A DNA stretch of 64,000 bases from Bacillota bacterium. GTDB taxonomy: Bacteria; Bacillota; Limnochordia; DTU087. This document shows, in pieces, positions 9,440-19,355 of this stretch. The position numbers and the translations under genes were made by a program. The stretch is from contig JAAYQZ010000032.1 in the NCBI GenBank assembly GCA_012519025.1, positions 7 through 64,006 of the forward strand. Direction: 5' to 3'. Position 1 is the stretch's first letter; every line of letters starts with the position of its first letter. The notes beneath the pieces were generated by a model. The model saw only the letters and a program-made list of their open reading frames with translations, was not told the DNA's origin and searched no databases.

Positions 9440-10111
9440 TGAGCCTAATACCAAAAGCCGCAATACAAAAAAAGATTCAGCAACACCGAACTGCGGGAAT
9501 TGATCGTGCCCTTTTTGTAGAACAGCTTCTGGTTATGCTGGTGGGTATTGTGGACACTGCACTTACCTTTTCACAGCCCTTGCTTCCGGGGTAGCCCAAA
9601 GTTTTTGATCTTTAGCAGCCCTTGTCGGTGTATCCATGGGGCCTGCCTTTATTACTGTAATAGGTCGGTGTATAGGGGCGGGGATGTAGAAGCAGCCGAT
9701 TATTTTATGAGAAAACTGCTGCAGATTACTTTCACAGCGTCCATTATCTGGAACTTGCTCATCTTTATCGCTTTGTTTCCCATCTTGCGCCTCTACGCAC
9801 TTTCTCGGGAAACCGTCCGGCTTGTGATCAAATTGGTGATCATCCACAACATCTTTAATGCTGTACTCTTTCCTTTGGCAGGGCCGTTTCCCAATGATTT
9901 GCGGGTCGCGGGGGATGTCAAGTTTCCTATGTATGCGTCACTATTTGCTACAGTGATCTGCCGTGTCGGTTTATCTATTTTGTTTGCTATTAAGATGAAT
10001 ATGGGTGTCATTGGTATCGCTTGGGCTATGTGTGCCGATTGGGGTATTAAAGCAAGTATTTTGCTGGTGCGCTTTTACCGGGGCCGATGGAAGGGTTTTC
10101 AAGTGATTTAA
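9440..10111 (+). pseudogene. decayed MATE-family efflux transporter (frameshifted N-terminus, large internal deletion)
   Basis: Three reading frames between 9490 and 9700 carry pieces of a MATE protein: LRELIVPFL* then (F)VEQLLVMLVGIVDT, then ALVGVSMGPAFITVIGRCIGAGDVEAADYF. These join the 187-aa ORF 9548-10111, which ends like a MATE C-terminus (GIAWAMCADWGIKASILLVRFYRGRWKG). About 270 aa of a normal ~450-aa MATE protein are missing. Confidence 0.65.
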
Positions 10112-10317
10112 AAACCAGGTCATTGCCGAAAAACACAGTTAACCTTAAAACTTTTGTGTTTTGCAGGAAGGAAATCATACACAGGCGACGAAGCTTAATG
10201 ACAAATATAAATTACCTTAATTAATTTACCTGCCATGGGAGGTGACATTCTAAGGGAGATTAAAAGATCCTAAAAATATTTTATTTGCGCTGATCTGGCA
10301 TTACTGGGGGCGAATCT

Positions 10318-11349
10318 ATGGCACTGAAGATTGGTGTGATCGGCACCGGCAGGCGGGGGACCTATCATTTAAACCGATTGACGCAAGTCGAAAAGGTTGA
10401 AGTTGCTGCTGTTTGCGATATTCTACCTGATGCAGCTTATAAAGCGGGACAAATCGCCAATACCAAAGTTTATTTGGACTACAAAGAAATGCTGTCTAAA
10501 GAGAAGCTGGATGGTGTTTTGGTTGCGACGCCCGCGTCAGTGCATGTTGAGCCGACCGTTTTGGCCCTTCAGGCCGGAATCGCTGTTATGTGTGAGAAGC
10601 CCCTGGCCTGGACTCTAAATGATGCTTTGCGTATAGTGGCTGCCGCCGAGCAGACAGATACAATCTGTGAGACGGGATATCAGTGGAGGCACAACCCACT
10701 GCTGGCGGCTGTTAAAGAAAGGCTCGGCGGATCCGGTATAGCCTTAGTGCGGGGTTTGTGGTATCACACCGTGCCTTTGGTTGATTCCATTCGAGATGTT
10801 AAGACCGGAGGCGGGCAGATCTTCGATCAATCAACACACATCGTGGATTTAGCCAGGTTGTTTGCCGGCGATGTCGAGACTTTGTTTGCGGCCTATACTC
10901 TCAACGCCTGTACTAAGGCGGATTTTGACAACCATGATAACTGGGATGGTTATGCCCTTACTTTGCATTATTCCTCCGGTGCTGTTGGCAGTTTCGCCGG
11001 TACATATGCACTGTTTTTAGGGCATGGTGAGCCCATTGTTTTAGATATTATCGGGCGGGAGATCCTGGTTAAGTTTTTCGGCAGTCAAGTTGTCATCGTT
11101 ACTCCTCACGGCAAAGATGAGCTGGGTCAGGCAATGGAAGGTTTTACAGCACAAACGGATATTATAGGTAATTTTCTAAAGGCGATAGAAACAGGAGATC
11201 GAAGTTATATAAAATCGCCGCCGGCTGACTCAATTAAGACATTGGCCGCCACAATCGGGGCAAATATCTCTGCCCAATCTGGCCGGCTTATCCGACCGGC
11301 GGATTTGATCGCCCGGGCGCAAGCTGGTGAGGTAATCGCGGCAGTGTGA
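10318..11349 (+). CDS. Gfo/Idh/MocA family NAD(P)-dependent oxidoreductase
   Basis: N-terminal Rossmann motif KIGVIGTGRRG, the family EKP motif (VMCEKPLA), and an alpha/beta C-terminal domain. Confidence 0.85.
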   Translation: MALKIGVIGTGRRGTYHLNRLTQVEKVEVAAVCDILPDAAYKAGQIANTKVYLDYKEMLSKEKLDGVLVATPASVHVEPTVLALQAGIAVMCEKPLAWTLNDALRIVAAAEQTDTICETGYQWRHNPLLAAVKERLGGSGIALVRGLWYHTVPLVDSIRDVKTGGGQIFDQSTHIVDLARLFAGDVETLFAAYTLNACTKADFDNHDNWDGYALTLHYSSGAVGSFAGTYALFLGHGEPIVLDIIGREILVKFFGSQVVIVTPHGKDELGQAMEGFTAQTDIIGNFLKAIETGDRSYIKSPPADSIKTLAATIGANISAQSGRLIRPADLIARAQAGEVIAAV

Positions 11350-11392
11350 GTTGGCCCAATCACAACTACGGATAAATGAGGGGCGTTTTACT

Positions 11393-12679
11393 ATGTACCG
11401 CGGCCACAGCGGAAGTACCGTTAGATCTCACAACCGCTCTTTATTATTAAGGCTCCTGCTTCGCCATGAACCAATTTCCCGGGTTGAGCTGGCATCTATT
11501 ACAGGCTTGACCATGCCTACAGTACATGGTTTGACAAAAGAACTGATGGCAGAAGGTATTGTAGAGGAATTGGGAACTACTGATCCACAGGGTGGTGGTG
11601 CCGGCAGGCGTGCTGCTTTGCTTGGCCTGATTCCTGGGTCATGGGTTAGTATTGGTGTGGACTTAGGTGTGCAGGTTATCAAAATTGGTGTTTTAGACAT
11701 TAAGGGAGAAGTGCTGGCTAAGGCGGAATTAGTGCAAAACAGCCGTGAAAAGCCAGATGATGTGCTTAACAACGTGTTTGAAGTGCTCAAGGACACGGTA
11801 AACAGCATTGACATCGATCCTGGCAAGATCGTGGGTCTTGGTATAGGTGTTCCCGGATTAGTAGATGTTTCTACGGGGGATGTGAGGCGCACACCCAATC
11901 TAGGGTGGGAGGACATTCCTGTGGGAGCATGGTTCCAAGAACGACTGGCCCTGCCTGTGATCCTGGATAACAACATTCGGGCTATGACAGTCGGGGAGCG
12001 CATGTTTGGCAAAGGGCGAGAACAGCCAAATCTGATCTCCTTTTATGTGGGCCCCGGCATTGGAGCCGGGATCATGATTAACGATGAAATCTTTAGGGGT
12101 GTCAACGACGGCGCCGGTGAGGTAGGCCATACACTGATTGATCCCTCAGGGCCGGTATGCAGATGCGGTCGCCGGGGGTGTCTTGAGGCTGTTACCTCCG
12201 ATACAGCCATCATCCGCAAAGTTCAAGAAGCAGCGAAAGCAGGAAGGGATAAGGAACTGCGGAACTTGGTTTTCCGGGCACTGCAGCAAGGTGGGCGGAA
12301 CGTGACTATAGCTGATATCGTTAACTGGGCAGAAGAAGGCAGTCTGTTTTGTCAAACGATTTTGGAGGATGCCGGACGCTTGCTCGGGGAAGGCGTGGCT
12401 AATTTAATCAACTTGTTCAACCCCGGGTTGATTATTGTAGGTGGCGATCTATTTACCCACAGTGATTTTGTGTTTGAAGAGCTGGCTGCTGTGGCGAAAG
12501 CGAAGGCGTTCTCTGTTCCCAGTAAAAATGTAGCTGTAGTTAAGACTGGCTTCGGCAAGGAGCAGGGGCTGGTGGGAGCTGCTGCTTTGGCTTTATGGGA
12601 GTTTTTCTACTCATCTGCGACTTCCCAAACGCCGATTGATTACCACAAAATAGAAAAAAGAGGTTGGGCACTTCACTAG
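11393..12679 (+). CDS. ROK family transcriptional regulator (N-terminal wHTH)
   Basis: The N-terminal segment ISRVELASITGLTMPTVHGLTKEL is HTH-like. ROK signatures are present: GIGVPGLVD, GPGIGAGIMIN and the zinc motif CRCGRRGCLE. ATG 11393 has a GAGGGG RBS 9 nt upstream, whereas the ORF track begins at TTG 11351. Confidence 0.85.
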   Translation: MYRGHSGSTVRSHNRSLLLRLLLRHEPISRVELASITGLTMPTVHGLTKELMAEGIVEELGTTDPQGGGAGRRAALLGLIPGSWVSIGVDLGVQVIKIGVLDIKGEVLAKAELVQNSREKPDDVLNNVFEVLKDTVNSIDIDPGKIVGLGIGVPGLVDVSTGDVRRTPNLGWEDIPVGAWFQERLALPVILDNNIRAMTVGERMFGKGREQPNLISFYVGPGIGAGIMINDEIFRGVNDGAGEVGHTLIDPSGPVCRCGRRGCLEAVTSDTAIIRKVQEAAKAGRDKELRNLVFRALQQGGRNVTIADIVNWAEEGSLFCQTILEDAGRLLGEGVANLINLFNPGLIIVGGDLFTHSDFVFEELAAVAKAKAFSVPSKNVAVVKTGFGKEQGLVGAAALALWEFFYSSATSQTPIDYHKIEKRGWALH

Positions 12680-12692
12680 GCAAAGCGGGGTG

Positions 12693-13538
12693 ATGGGATT
12701 GAAATTGGGGCTTTTGACAAACAGTCTAATACATGTGGGTTGGGATCTTGGACAAATTGCGAAATGGGCCAATGCCAACGGTATCAAGTATCTTGAAGTT
12801 GGGCCGACAGCACCTTTAGAACTTGGGCTTTTCGAAAATGTTCAAAGCCAGTATGATGTTGAAATCAAGGCACTGATTTACTGTCGAAATTTCCTGGCAG
12901 AGAATGAAGAGGAAGCAAAAATGCACCAAGATGCGCTGAAGGCGAGAATTAAAACTGCAGGACAGCTGGATAATGACGTGCTTGTAGTAGCATCTACCGG
13001 CAGGCCCAAAGGTGCAGACACAAAGCTGACAAAAGGCTTAAAGGCAGTTGTTCGGTTTTTAGAAGAAATGCTGGAATTAGCGGAACTGCACAATGTCAAA
13101 TTGGCAGTAGAAAACTGCCCCATGATGGGAAATATCGCTGTGTCACCCTATATGTACGAGCTGCTGTTTTCCGAAATTCAAAACCCACTTTTAGGCTGGG
13201 CCTATGATCCCTCCCATTTGGTTTTTCAGTTTTGTGACATTTATAATCCCATTATTGATTACAAAGAGCGCATTTATCATGTACATGCTAAAGACACCTT
13301 AATTGATTACTCAGCGTTGGCTAAAATGGGTACCCTTGCCGGGCAGGATTGGTGGCGTTACTGCCTACCCGGGAAAGGTGCAGTTGACTGGCGGAAGATC
13401 ATGGCCAATCTCAAACAGTCCGACTACAGGGGAATCGTAAGTATTGAGCATGAGGACCGCTGTTGGTCAAATACCCCCGAACAGATCACCCAGGGTATCC
13501 TTTTAGCAAAAGAGCATTTGGAACACAGCCTAAAATAA
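12693..13538 (+). CDS. sugar phosphate isomerase/epimerase (xylose isomerase-like TIM barrel)
   Basis: Family-typical metal-ligand context: AVENCPM, YHVHAKD and SIEHED. About 280 aa. Confidence 0.75.
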   Translation: MGLKLGLLTNSLIHVGWDLGQIAKWANANGIKYLEVGPTAPLELGLFENVQSQYDVEIKALIYCRNFLAENEEEAKMHQDALKARIKTAGQLDNDVLVVASTGRPKGADTKLTKGLKAVVRFLEEMLELAELHNVKLAVENCPMMGNIAVSPYMYELLFSEIQNPLLGWAYDPSHLVFQFCDIYNPIIDYKERIYHVHAKDTLIDYSALAKMGTLAGQDWWRYCLPGKGAVDWRKIMANLKQSDYRGIVSIEHEDRCWSNTPEQITQGILLAKEHLEHSLK

Positions 13539-13602
13539 GTCTGTGCCCAGGCACAGGTATGGAAGGAACTCATACACGGAAAACTTTTGATGAGGTGATA
13601 TA

Positions 13603-15075
13603 ATGAAAAGACCAAACATTGTGTTCATTATGGCCGATGACCATGCGGCTCACGCCATGAGCTGCTATGGAAGTGTCATCAACGAAACCCCCAACATTGA
13701 TCGCATTGCCAATGAAGGGATGCTTTTGGAAAACTGCTTTTGTGTCAATTCCATTTGCTCACCCAGCAGAGCTGCGATTCTAACAGGCAAACACGGGCAT
13801 CTAAACGGTGTCAAAACGTTGGATGTTCCATTTGACGGCAGACAGCAGACCTTCCCCAAAATGCTTCAAAGTGCCGGATACCAAACAGCTATCGTCGGTA
13901 AATGGCATCTAGGTGAAGGTGGCAACAGTTCTCCCACAGGCTTTGATTATTGGAATGTCTTGCCCGGCCAAGGTGCATACAATGATCCTAAGATGTACAA
14001 AAATGGCGAAGAAGTGCGTTACGAAGGGTATACTACCGAAATTATTACTGACTTATGTCTTGATTGGCTCAATGATCGGGATCCCGAAAAGCCCTTTATG
14101 CTGCTTTGCCACCACAAGGCTCCCCACCGGCCTTGGATTCCGTCAGAGAAACACAAGTCCTTGTATGAAGACATAGATATTCCGCTGCCCCAGACCTTCA
14201 ATGACGATTATTCCAACAGGTCAAGGGCTGCTGAGGAAGCCCGCATGCGGATCGAACGCGACTTCTCCTATGGTGATCTCAAATGTGAACCACCGGCGGG
14301 AGAACGGCGCTGGGCCCGGGTAGTTCCACCCACAGACCTAACAGAATTCTCTTTAAAGCCCATTGAAAGTGATGAACCGGTAACTTTCACATCCCACCAA
14401 GAAGTCAAGGAATGGATGTATCAGCGCTATATCAAAGACTATTTGCGCTGCGTTGCTTCCATAGATGACAGTGTGGGAGAGATTCTGGACTTTTTGGATA
14501 CCGAAGGACTGGCCGAAGACACCATCATCATCTACACTTCTGATCAAGGATTTTTCTTAGGTGATCACGGCTGGTATGACAAGAGATTCATGTATGAAGA
14601 GTCGCTGCGCATGCCCTTTGTGGTGCGGTATCCCCGGGAGATTAAAGCCGGCACCCGCCATGAGGCTATGGCGGTGAACTTAGATTTTGCGGAAACCTTC
14701 TTGGACTATGCCGGTCTAGACATACCCGAGGATATGCAGGGCGCTTCCTTAAGGCCGGTATTCCGGGGAGAGACTCCTGCGGATTGGAGAACATCCATGT
14801 ACTACAGGTACTGGATGCATTTAGGTGATCACTATGTATCCGCTCACTACGGTATGCGTACTGACCGCTATAAGCTGATCCACTATTATGGGGAGCCTTT
14901 GGGCACTCCAGGGGCACTGGATGAGTCGAAGGAACCGGAATGGGAGTTGTTTGATCTTGAAAAAGATCCGGCCGAGATGAACAATGTCTATCATGACCCG
15001 GAATATGCAGACCTGGTCAAAGAGCTGACAGATGAGCTTTACCGTCTCAAAGAGGAAGCACTGGATTTTGATTAA
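13603..15075 (+). CDS. Cys-type sulfatase (formylglycine-dependent), no signal peptide
   Basis: The N-terminus is PNIVFIMADDH. Sulfatase signature CSPSRAAILTG (C-x-P-x-R) and GKWHLG are present. The ATG follows a GAGGTGA RBS, and no hydrophobic leader is visible. Confidence 0.9.
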   Translation: MKRPNIVFIMADDHAAHAMSCYGSVINETPNIDRIANEGMLLENCFCVNSICSPSRAAILTGKHGHLNGVKTLDVPFDGRQQTFPKMLQSAGYQTAIVGKWHLGEGGNSSPTGFDYWNVLPGQGAYNDPKMYKNGEEVRYEGYTTEIITDLCLDWLNDRDPEKPFMLLCHHKAPHRPWIPSEKHKSLYEDIDIPLPQTFNDDYSNRSRAAEEARMRIERDFSYGDLKCEPPAGERRWARVVPPTDLTEFSLKPIESDEPVTFTSHQEVKEWMYQRYIKDYLRCVASIDDSVGEILDFLDTEGLAEDTIIIYTSDQGFFLGDHGWYDKRFMYEESLRMPFVVRYPREIKAGTRHEAMAVNLDFAETFLDYAGLDIPEDMQGASLRPVFRGETPADWRTSMYYRYWMHLGDHYVSAHYGMRTDRYKLIHYYGEPLGTPGALDESKEPEWELFDLEKDPAEMNNVYHDPEYADLVKELTDELYRLKEEALDFD

Positions 15076-15110
15076 AGCCTAGGGCAGATGTATGTGCTGG
15101 GCCACACACA

Positions 15111-15134
15111 CCCCCGCCTTTTGGGCGGGGGTTT
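15111..15134 (+). terminator. rho-independent terminator after the sulfatase gene
   Basis: CCCCCGCC / GGCGGGGG 8-bp GC stem with a 5-nt loop, followed by TTT. Confidence 0.7.
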
Positions 15135-15218
15135 AATCATGTAGTCCGCATGGGTAATTAACAGTCACATATAATAGTTATAGTCATCAAACACGGCAGC
15201 TTTATTGGAGGTCGGGCA

Positions 15219-16124
15219 GTGGAAATTAAACGGTATCAAATGGCTAAAAGAGTTTCATGGATCACTATGCTGGGCAATGTTTTACTGACAGCGGTGAAAG
15301 CCGGAGTGGGAGTCATATCCCAAAGTTCGGCACTTTTGGCCGATGCCATTCATTCGGCTTCTGACATTGCCACAACCGTAGTAGTGCTGTACAGCATGCG
15401 CATTTCTAAGCTGCCGCCTGACCCTGAACATCCATACGGCCACGGTCGAGCCGAGAGCATAGGCGCAAAAGTGCTGTCGATTATATTAGTGATGGCCGGA
15501 CTTAGTATGGGGTATTCGGCGCTGAAACGTCTTGCTGTGGGGGAATATGGGATCCCTGGCAGCATTGCCCTTGGCGCTATTTTGCTTTCCATTGTTGTTA
15601 AAGAGGCGATGTACCAATATACGGCTCGAGTGGGCAAGAAAATCAGCAGCCCTGCTTTAATGGCTGATGCTTTACATCACCGTTCTGATGCTTTCTCGTC
15701 TGTTGCCGCGTTTTTCGGAGTCATGGGTGCAAGGCTGGGTTTTCCCATTTTAGATCCTTTAGCAGCTGCTGTTGTCGCTGTATTTATCATCAAAATGGGA
15801 GTTGACGTTTTTCGCACATCTTTGGATGAGTTGATGGACGCCCAGGTTAACAGCACCCTTCAGGGTGAAGTACATCAATGTGCTGCAGGTATTATCGGTG
15901 TCGAACATGTGGATGATGTCAGAGTGCGCCAATATGGGCCCCATCATGTCGTAGATATCAAAATTAGTGTTGATAAACAGCTGACTGTGGAGGCAGGACA
16001 CCAAATAGCGGCAGAAGTGAAAAGTACACTTAGAGGGGAACTCCCATCCATTGGCGATGTATTGGTTCATGTGAACCCATACCCCGATCGACATGATCTT
16101 GAGCACCGCCAACAAAATGAGTAA
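15219..16124 (+). CDS. cation diffusion facilitator (CDF) family metal efflux transporter
   Basis: CDF motifs LLADAIHSASD (TM2) and ADALHHRSDAFSS (TM5), plus a C-terminal cytoplasmic domain. GGAGGT RBS 6 nt before the GTG. Confidence 0.9.
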   Translation: MEIKRYQMAKRVSWITMLGNVLLTAVKAGVGVISQSSALLADAIHSASDIATTVVVLYSMRISKLPPDPEHPYGHGRAESIGAKVLSIILVMAGLSMGYSALKRLAVGEYGIPGSIALGAILLSIVVKEAMYQYTARVGKKISSPALMADALHHRSDAFSSVAAFFGVMGARLGFPILDPLAAAVVAVFIIKMGVDVFRTSLDELMDAQVNSTLQGEVHQCAAGIIGVEHVDDVRVRQYGPHHVVDIKISVDKQLTVEAGHQIAAEVKSTLRGELPSIGDVLVHVNPYPDRHDLEHRQQNE

Positions 16125-16143
16125 ATGCAGTTATTTAAAATCA

Positions 16144-16175
16144 GGCGGCAGGCCTTTTTACATGGGTCTGCCGCC
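16144..16175. terminator. hairpin between convergent genes (possible bidirectional terminator)
   Basis: GGCGGCAGGCC ... GGGTCTGCCGCC forms an ~11-bp stem. On the minus strand it is followed by a T-rich run (TGATTTTAAAT). It lies between the CDF stop (16124) and the DUF1667 stop (16191). Confidence 0.5.
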
Positions 16176-16190
16176 TATCAATGCTTCAGA

Positions 16191-16586
16191 TTACTTATGA
16201 TCCATATCTCTACTTGCCACAAGATCAATCCCTGTCCCCAGCAGGTTTTCGACAACTACAGCCCCGGTTTTGATCGGGGCCTTGAGCTCGATATCGGCCA
16301 AGGCGGTCATAGCTTCATAGAGCAGTTCTTTGGGAATAGCCTCAGTTGTCCGCACTGGCAGCAGTGGCAAAGTGCCTTCAGCGATTTTGACAGTAGTTGT
16401 CAAAACCCGCACAGGATTAAGGACTTCATTTCTTCCGTACTCCTCACCTCTGCGGCAGTCGGCTCCTGTAACTTCAATTAAATCGCCGACAATCTTAACT
16501 TCCAGTTGGCAGCCGGTGGGGCATACAATACAAGTCATGTTTCGAATTTCTTCTTTGACCGCGGTGGTAGCTTTTGTGTCTTTCAT
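16191..16586 (-). CDS. DUF1667 domain protein (accessory subunit of GlpA-like flavoenzyme cluster)
   Basis: CIVCPTGCQLEV motif and a size of ~130 aa. Overlaps the stop of the upstream oxidoreductase gene by 4 nt. Confidence 0.75.
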   Translation of the reverse strand: MKDTKATTAVKEEIRNMTCIVCPTGCQLEVKIVGDLIEVTGADCRRGEEYGRNEVLNPVRVLTTTVKIAEGTLPLLPVRTTEAIPKELLYEAMTALADIELKAPIKTGAVVVENLLGTGIDLVASRDMDHK

Positions 16587-17893
16587 TGCCGCACCCCTTC
16601 CCTTTGTGCTCTTGGAGATGGCACGGGCTGTGCCTTTGCATCTAACACAAGCTCAAGTGAAGTTTCACCATTTTCCTGTTTGAGTTTTTCCCAGTGATCT
16701 TTTCTCAGTCTGATCTTCAACATCTCACTTGGTCTTACAAGCCGCCTTACGGCAAGCCGCACACCCCCGAGCTCTATGGTGATGCGATCGATTGGTTTGG
16801 TTACTCTTAGATAGAATTCAGTTTCTGCATCGGGGTCCAGACGCTGTGGCAGTACGTAGCTTACGTTCTCACCGGGTATAACCGTGATTTTTTCCTGTCT
16901 TGTGTCACCGTCTCTTAGTGCATACTCTGCCGCGGCTCGCCCGGCAATTTCTGCCTCCTCACTGACATAATCAACGAGATCGTGAACATGCAGTACATTG
17001 CCGGCAGCAAAAATGCCGGGGATGAGAGTTTGCCTGTTTTGATCGACGACTGCACCTTGTGTGCGGCTGTCCAGCGGCACATCAGCCATTTGTGTAAGTT
17101 CATTTTCAGGCAGCAACCCCACTGAGAGAAGTAAAGTGTCGCAAGGTATATGCATTTCTGTGCCGGGCAGCGGCTGCCAAGCATCATCGACTTGACTTAC
17201 CGTAACCCCTTCCACTCGATCTTTGCCGTGAACTTTTGTAACCGTGGAACGCAGATAAAGGGGAATATCGAAGTCTTCCAGACACTGTGCAATATTTCTA
17301 GTCAATCCTGCAGGATAAGGCATCACTTCCACGACCGCTTTTACTTCGGCTCCCTCCAAGGTAAAGCGCCGGGCCATAATCAGCCCAATATCACCGGAAC
17401 CAAGAATGACAACTTTTTTTCCGGGCATAAAACCGTCCATATTCACAAATCGCTGGGCGGCTCCGGCTGTGTAAACGCCGGCAGGTCGTGTGCCGGGAAT
17501 ATTTAAAGCCCCTCGAGTCCTTTCACGACAGCCCATAGCCAATACAGTCGCTTTTGGTCTTAGAGTTATAAGACCGTGGGATGGATGCACGGCAGTAATG
17601 CTTTGGTCTTTGGCCAAGTCCAATACCATCGTGTTTAAATAAACATCTATCTTGGGATCATCCCAAACTTCGGGAATAAACCGATAGGCATACTCAGGAC
17701 CAGTTAGTTCTTCGCGGAAGCGGTGCAGCCCAAATCCATTGTGGATGCACTGTTGGAGTATTCCGCCCAGTTCATGATGGCGTTCTATGATCACAACATT
17801 TTCAGCACCGGCTTTACGAGCAGATACGGCTGCGGCTAATCCCGCCGGTCCGCCGCCAATGATGGCAACATCAGTTTCGATTACTTTAGTCAC
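16583..17893 (-). CDS. NAD(P)/FAD-dependent pyridine nucleotide-disulfide oxidoreductase
   Basis: Two dinucleotide-binding motifs: DVAIIGGGPAGLAAA and KVVILGSGDIGLIMA. GNVLHVHD lies near the FAD site. Confidence 0.85.
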   Translation of the reverse strand: MTKVIETDVAIIGGGPAGLAAAVSARKAGAENVVIIERHHELGGILQQCIHNGFGLHRFREELTGPEYAYRFIPEVWDDPKIDVYLNTMVLDLAKDQSITAVHPSHGLITLRPKATVLAMGCRERTRGALNIPGTRPAGVYTAGAAQRFVNMDGFMPGKKVVILGSGDIGLIMARRFTLEGAEVKAVVEVMPYPAGLTRNIAQCLEDFDIPLYLRSTVTKVHGKDRVEGVTVSQVDDAWQPLPGTEMHIPCDTLLLSVGLLPENELTQMADVPLDSRTQGAVVDQNRQTLIPGIFAAGNVLHVHDLVDYVSEEAEIAGRAAAEYALRDGDTRQEKITVIPGENVSYVLPQRLDPDAETEFYLRVTKPIDRITIELGGVRLAVRRLVRPSEMLKIRLRKDHWEKLKQENGETSLELVLDAKAQPVPSPRAQREGVRQ

Positions 17894-19355
17894 AGAGTGT
17901 TCCCCCTTTCAAGAGAGCTTTAGCCTCTGCGGCTAAAAGATAGCTGTCTCCACCTCGTTTGGTTATTTCCAAGGGACTTACCCCAAGTTCCCGGGCTAGT
18001 ATATCGACTACATAAGGAGTACAAAAGCCCCCTTGGCAGCGACCCATTCCGGCTCTTGTGCGGAATTTGACCCCATCTATAGTTTTGGCCCCACGGCGAA
18101 TAGCGTCGACAATCTCACCTTCAGTAACAGTCTCACAACGGCAAATTACGTGGGCATAGAGGGGGTTTTTTTGGATGACTTCTGCTTTTTCTTCATCAGA
18201 TAATTCGTTAAACCGCACAACTCGTGGTCGTCGTGGGTTGAAATCCTTTTTGGCCGGTTTCTCTAACCCCGCATCTTTCAATAAAGTCAGCACATGTTCG
18301 GCGATGGCCGGAGCTGCTGTCAAACCGGGCGACTCAATGCCCCTCAAATGCACGCCTTTACCATCATGGGATAGCTGGAAAATAAAGTCGCCTGTCGGAG
18401 AGCCGGCTCTGACGCCGGCAAAGGAAGTGATAATATCTCGCCGGTTTAGACCCGGAACAAGCTCTTGGGTTGAACTAAAGATCTCTTCAAAGCCTTGGGG
18501 AGTTGTTGTTACATCGTCTTTATAAGGCAGTTCTAAAGCTGTGGGGCCAATCATTATATTGCCTTCCGCAGTTGGAATAACTAAGATTCCTTTGGAGGTT
18601 GGAGTGGGAACGGGGAAGATGGTGTGGCTGACTATATCGCCGACTTTAAGGTCAAAAAGATACTCTTCACCTTTGCGGGGGATGATGGGCTCGATATCAA
18701 GGTTACACATTTTCGCCAACTCATCGGCATAAAGGCCTGCTGAGTTGATGAGATACTCTGACGTAAAAGACATGCCCTGCTTTGTGTGAATGATAAACAC
18801 ACTGCCGTTATAGTCAATATCAGTGACTTCCATGTCTGTATAAACGTGGGCACCGTTGGCAGCCGCATTTTCTGCCTGGGCACTGGCCAATTCAAAGGGC
18901 AGTACAATACCGCCGGATGGCGCTCTAAGTGCCATGCTTATTTGCGGGGATAAGTTAGGTTCCAACTGATGAAGGGCCTTCTGATCTAGTATCTCCATAC
19001 CTTCCACACCATTTATAAGGCCCTGGTTATAATAATGTTTGATGATTTCTTCTTCTTCTGGGGTTGCGGCTACAAGCATCATACCGTTGCGCTTGAAAGG
19101 CACATCGAGATCCTCGCACAGCTGATCAAACATTTGGTTCCCCAAAACGCTCAGCTTAGTTTTCCAGGTCCCCGGTTCTGAATGGAAACCTGAGTGGACT
19201 ATACCGCTGTTGGCTTTAGTTACGCCCCAGCCCACTTCTGTTTCTTTTTCCAGTAAGGCTGCTGACAGCTCTAATTTGGCAAGGGTCCGCAAAACAGCTG
19301 TTCCTACGACACCTCCGCCGATGACAATTGCATCATAGTGGCTTCGTTTTCCCAA
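17886..19355 (-). CDS. FAD-dependent oxidoreductase, glycerol-3-phosphate dehydrogenase/oxidase-like, with BFD-like [2Fe-2S] domain
   Basis: YDAIVIGGGVVGTA FAD motif. C-terminal CRCETVTEGEI ... GRCQGGFC is a BFD-like cluster motif. The ORF track extends to 19448, but TTG 19355 lies 6 nt after GAAGAGGTG and directly precedes the FAD motif. Confidence 0.8.
   Translation of the reverse strand: MGKRSHYDAIVIGGGVVGTAVLRTLAKLELSAALLEKETEVGWGVTKANSGIVHSGFHSEPGTWKTKLSVLGNQMFDQLCEDLDVPFKRNGMMLVAATPEEEEIIKHYYNQGLINGVEGMEILDQKALHQLEPNLSPQISMALRAPSGGIVLPFELASAQAENAAANGAHVYTDMEVTDIDYNGSVFIIHTKQGMSFTSEYLINSAGLYADELAKMCNLDIEPIIPRKGEEYLFDLKVGDIVSHTIFPVPTPTSKGILVIPTAEGNIMIGPTALELPYKDDVTTTPQGFEEIFSSTQELVPGLNRRDIITSFAGVRAGSPTGDFIFQLSHDGKGVHLRGIESPGLTAAPAIAEHVLTLLKDAGLEKPAKKDFNPRRPRVVRFNELSDEEKAEVIQKNPLYAHVICRCETVTEGEIVDAIRRGAKTIDGVKFRTRAGMGRCQGGFCTPYVVDILARELGVSPLEITKRGGDSYLLAAEAKALLKGGTLCD

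Noticed and set aside
11428-12012. 194-aa minus-strand ORF inside the ROK regulator gene
   Set aside because: It lies fully antisense to a gene with clear ROK signatures. The translation is Ser/Pro/Thr-rich and low in complexity, with no RBS or recognisable motif. This is a typical shadow ORF.
13539-13602. CTGTGC-CCAG-GCACAG hairpin between the isomerase and sulfatase genes as a terminator
   Set aside because: The stem is only 6 bp with no following T-tract, and the sulfatase RBS follows closely. It is more likely an intra-operon structure or a chance palindrome.
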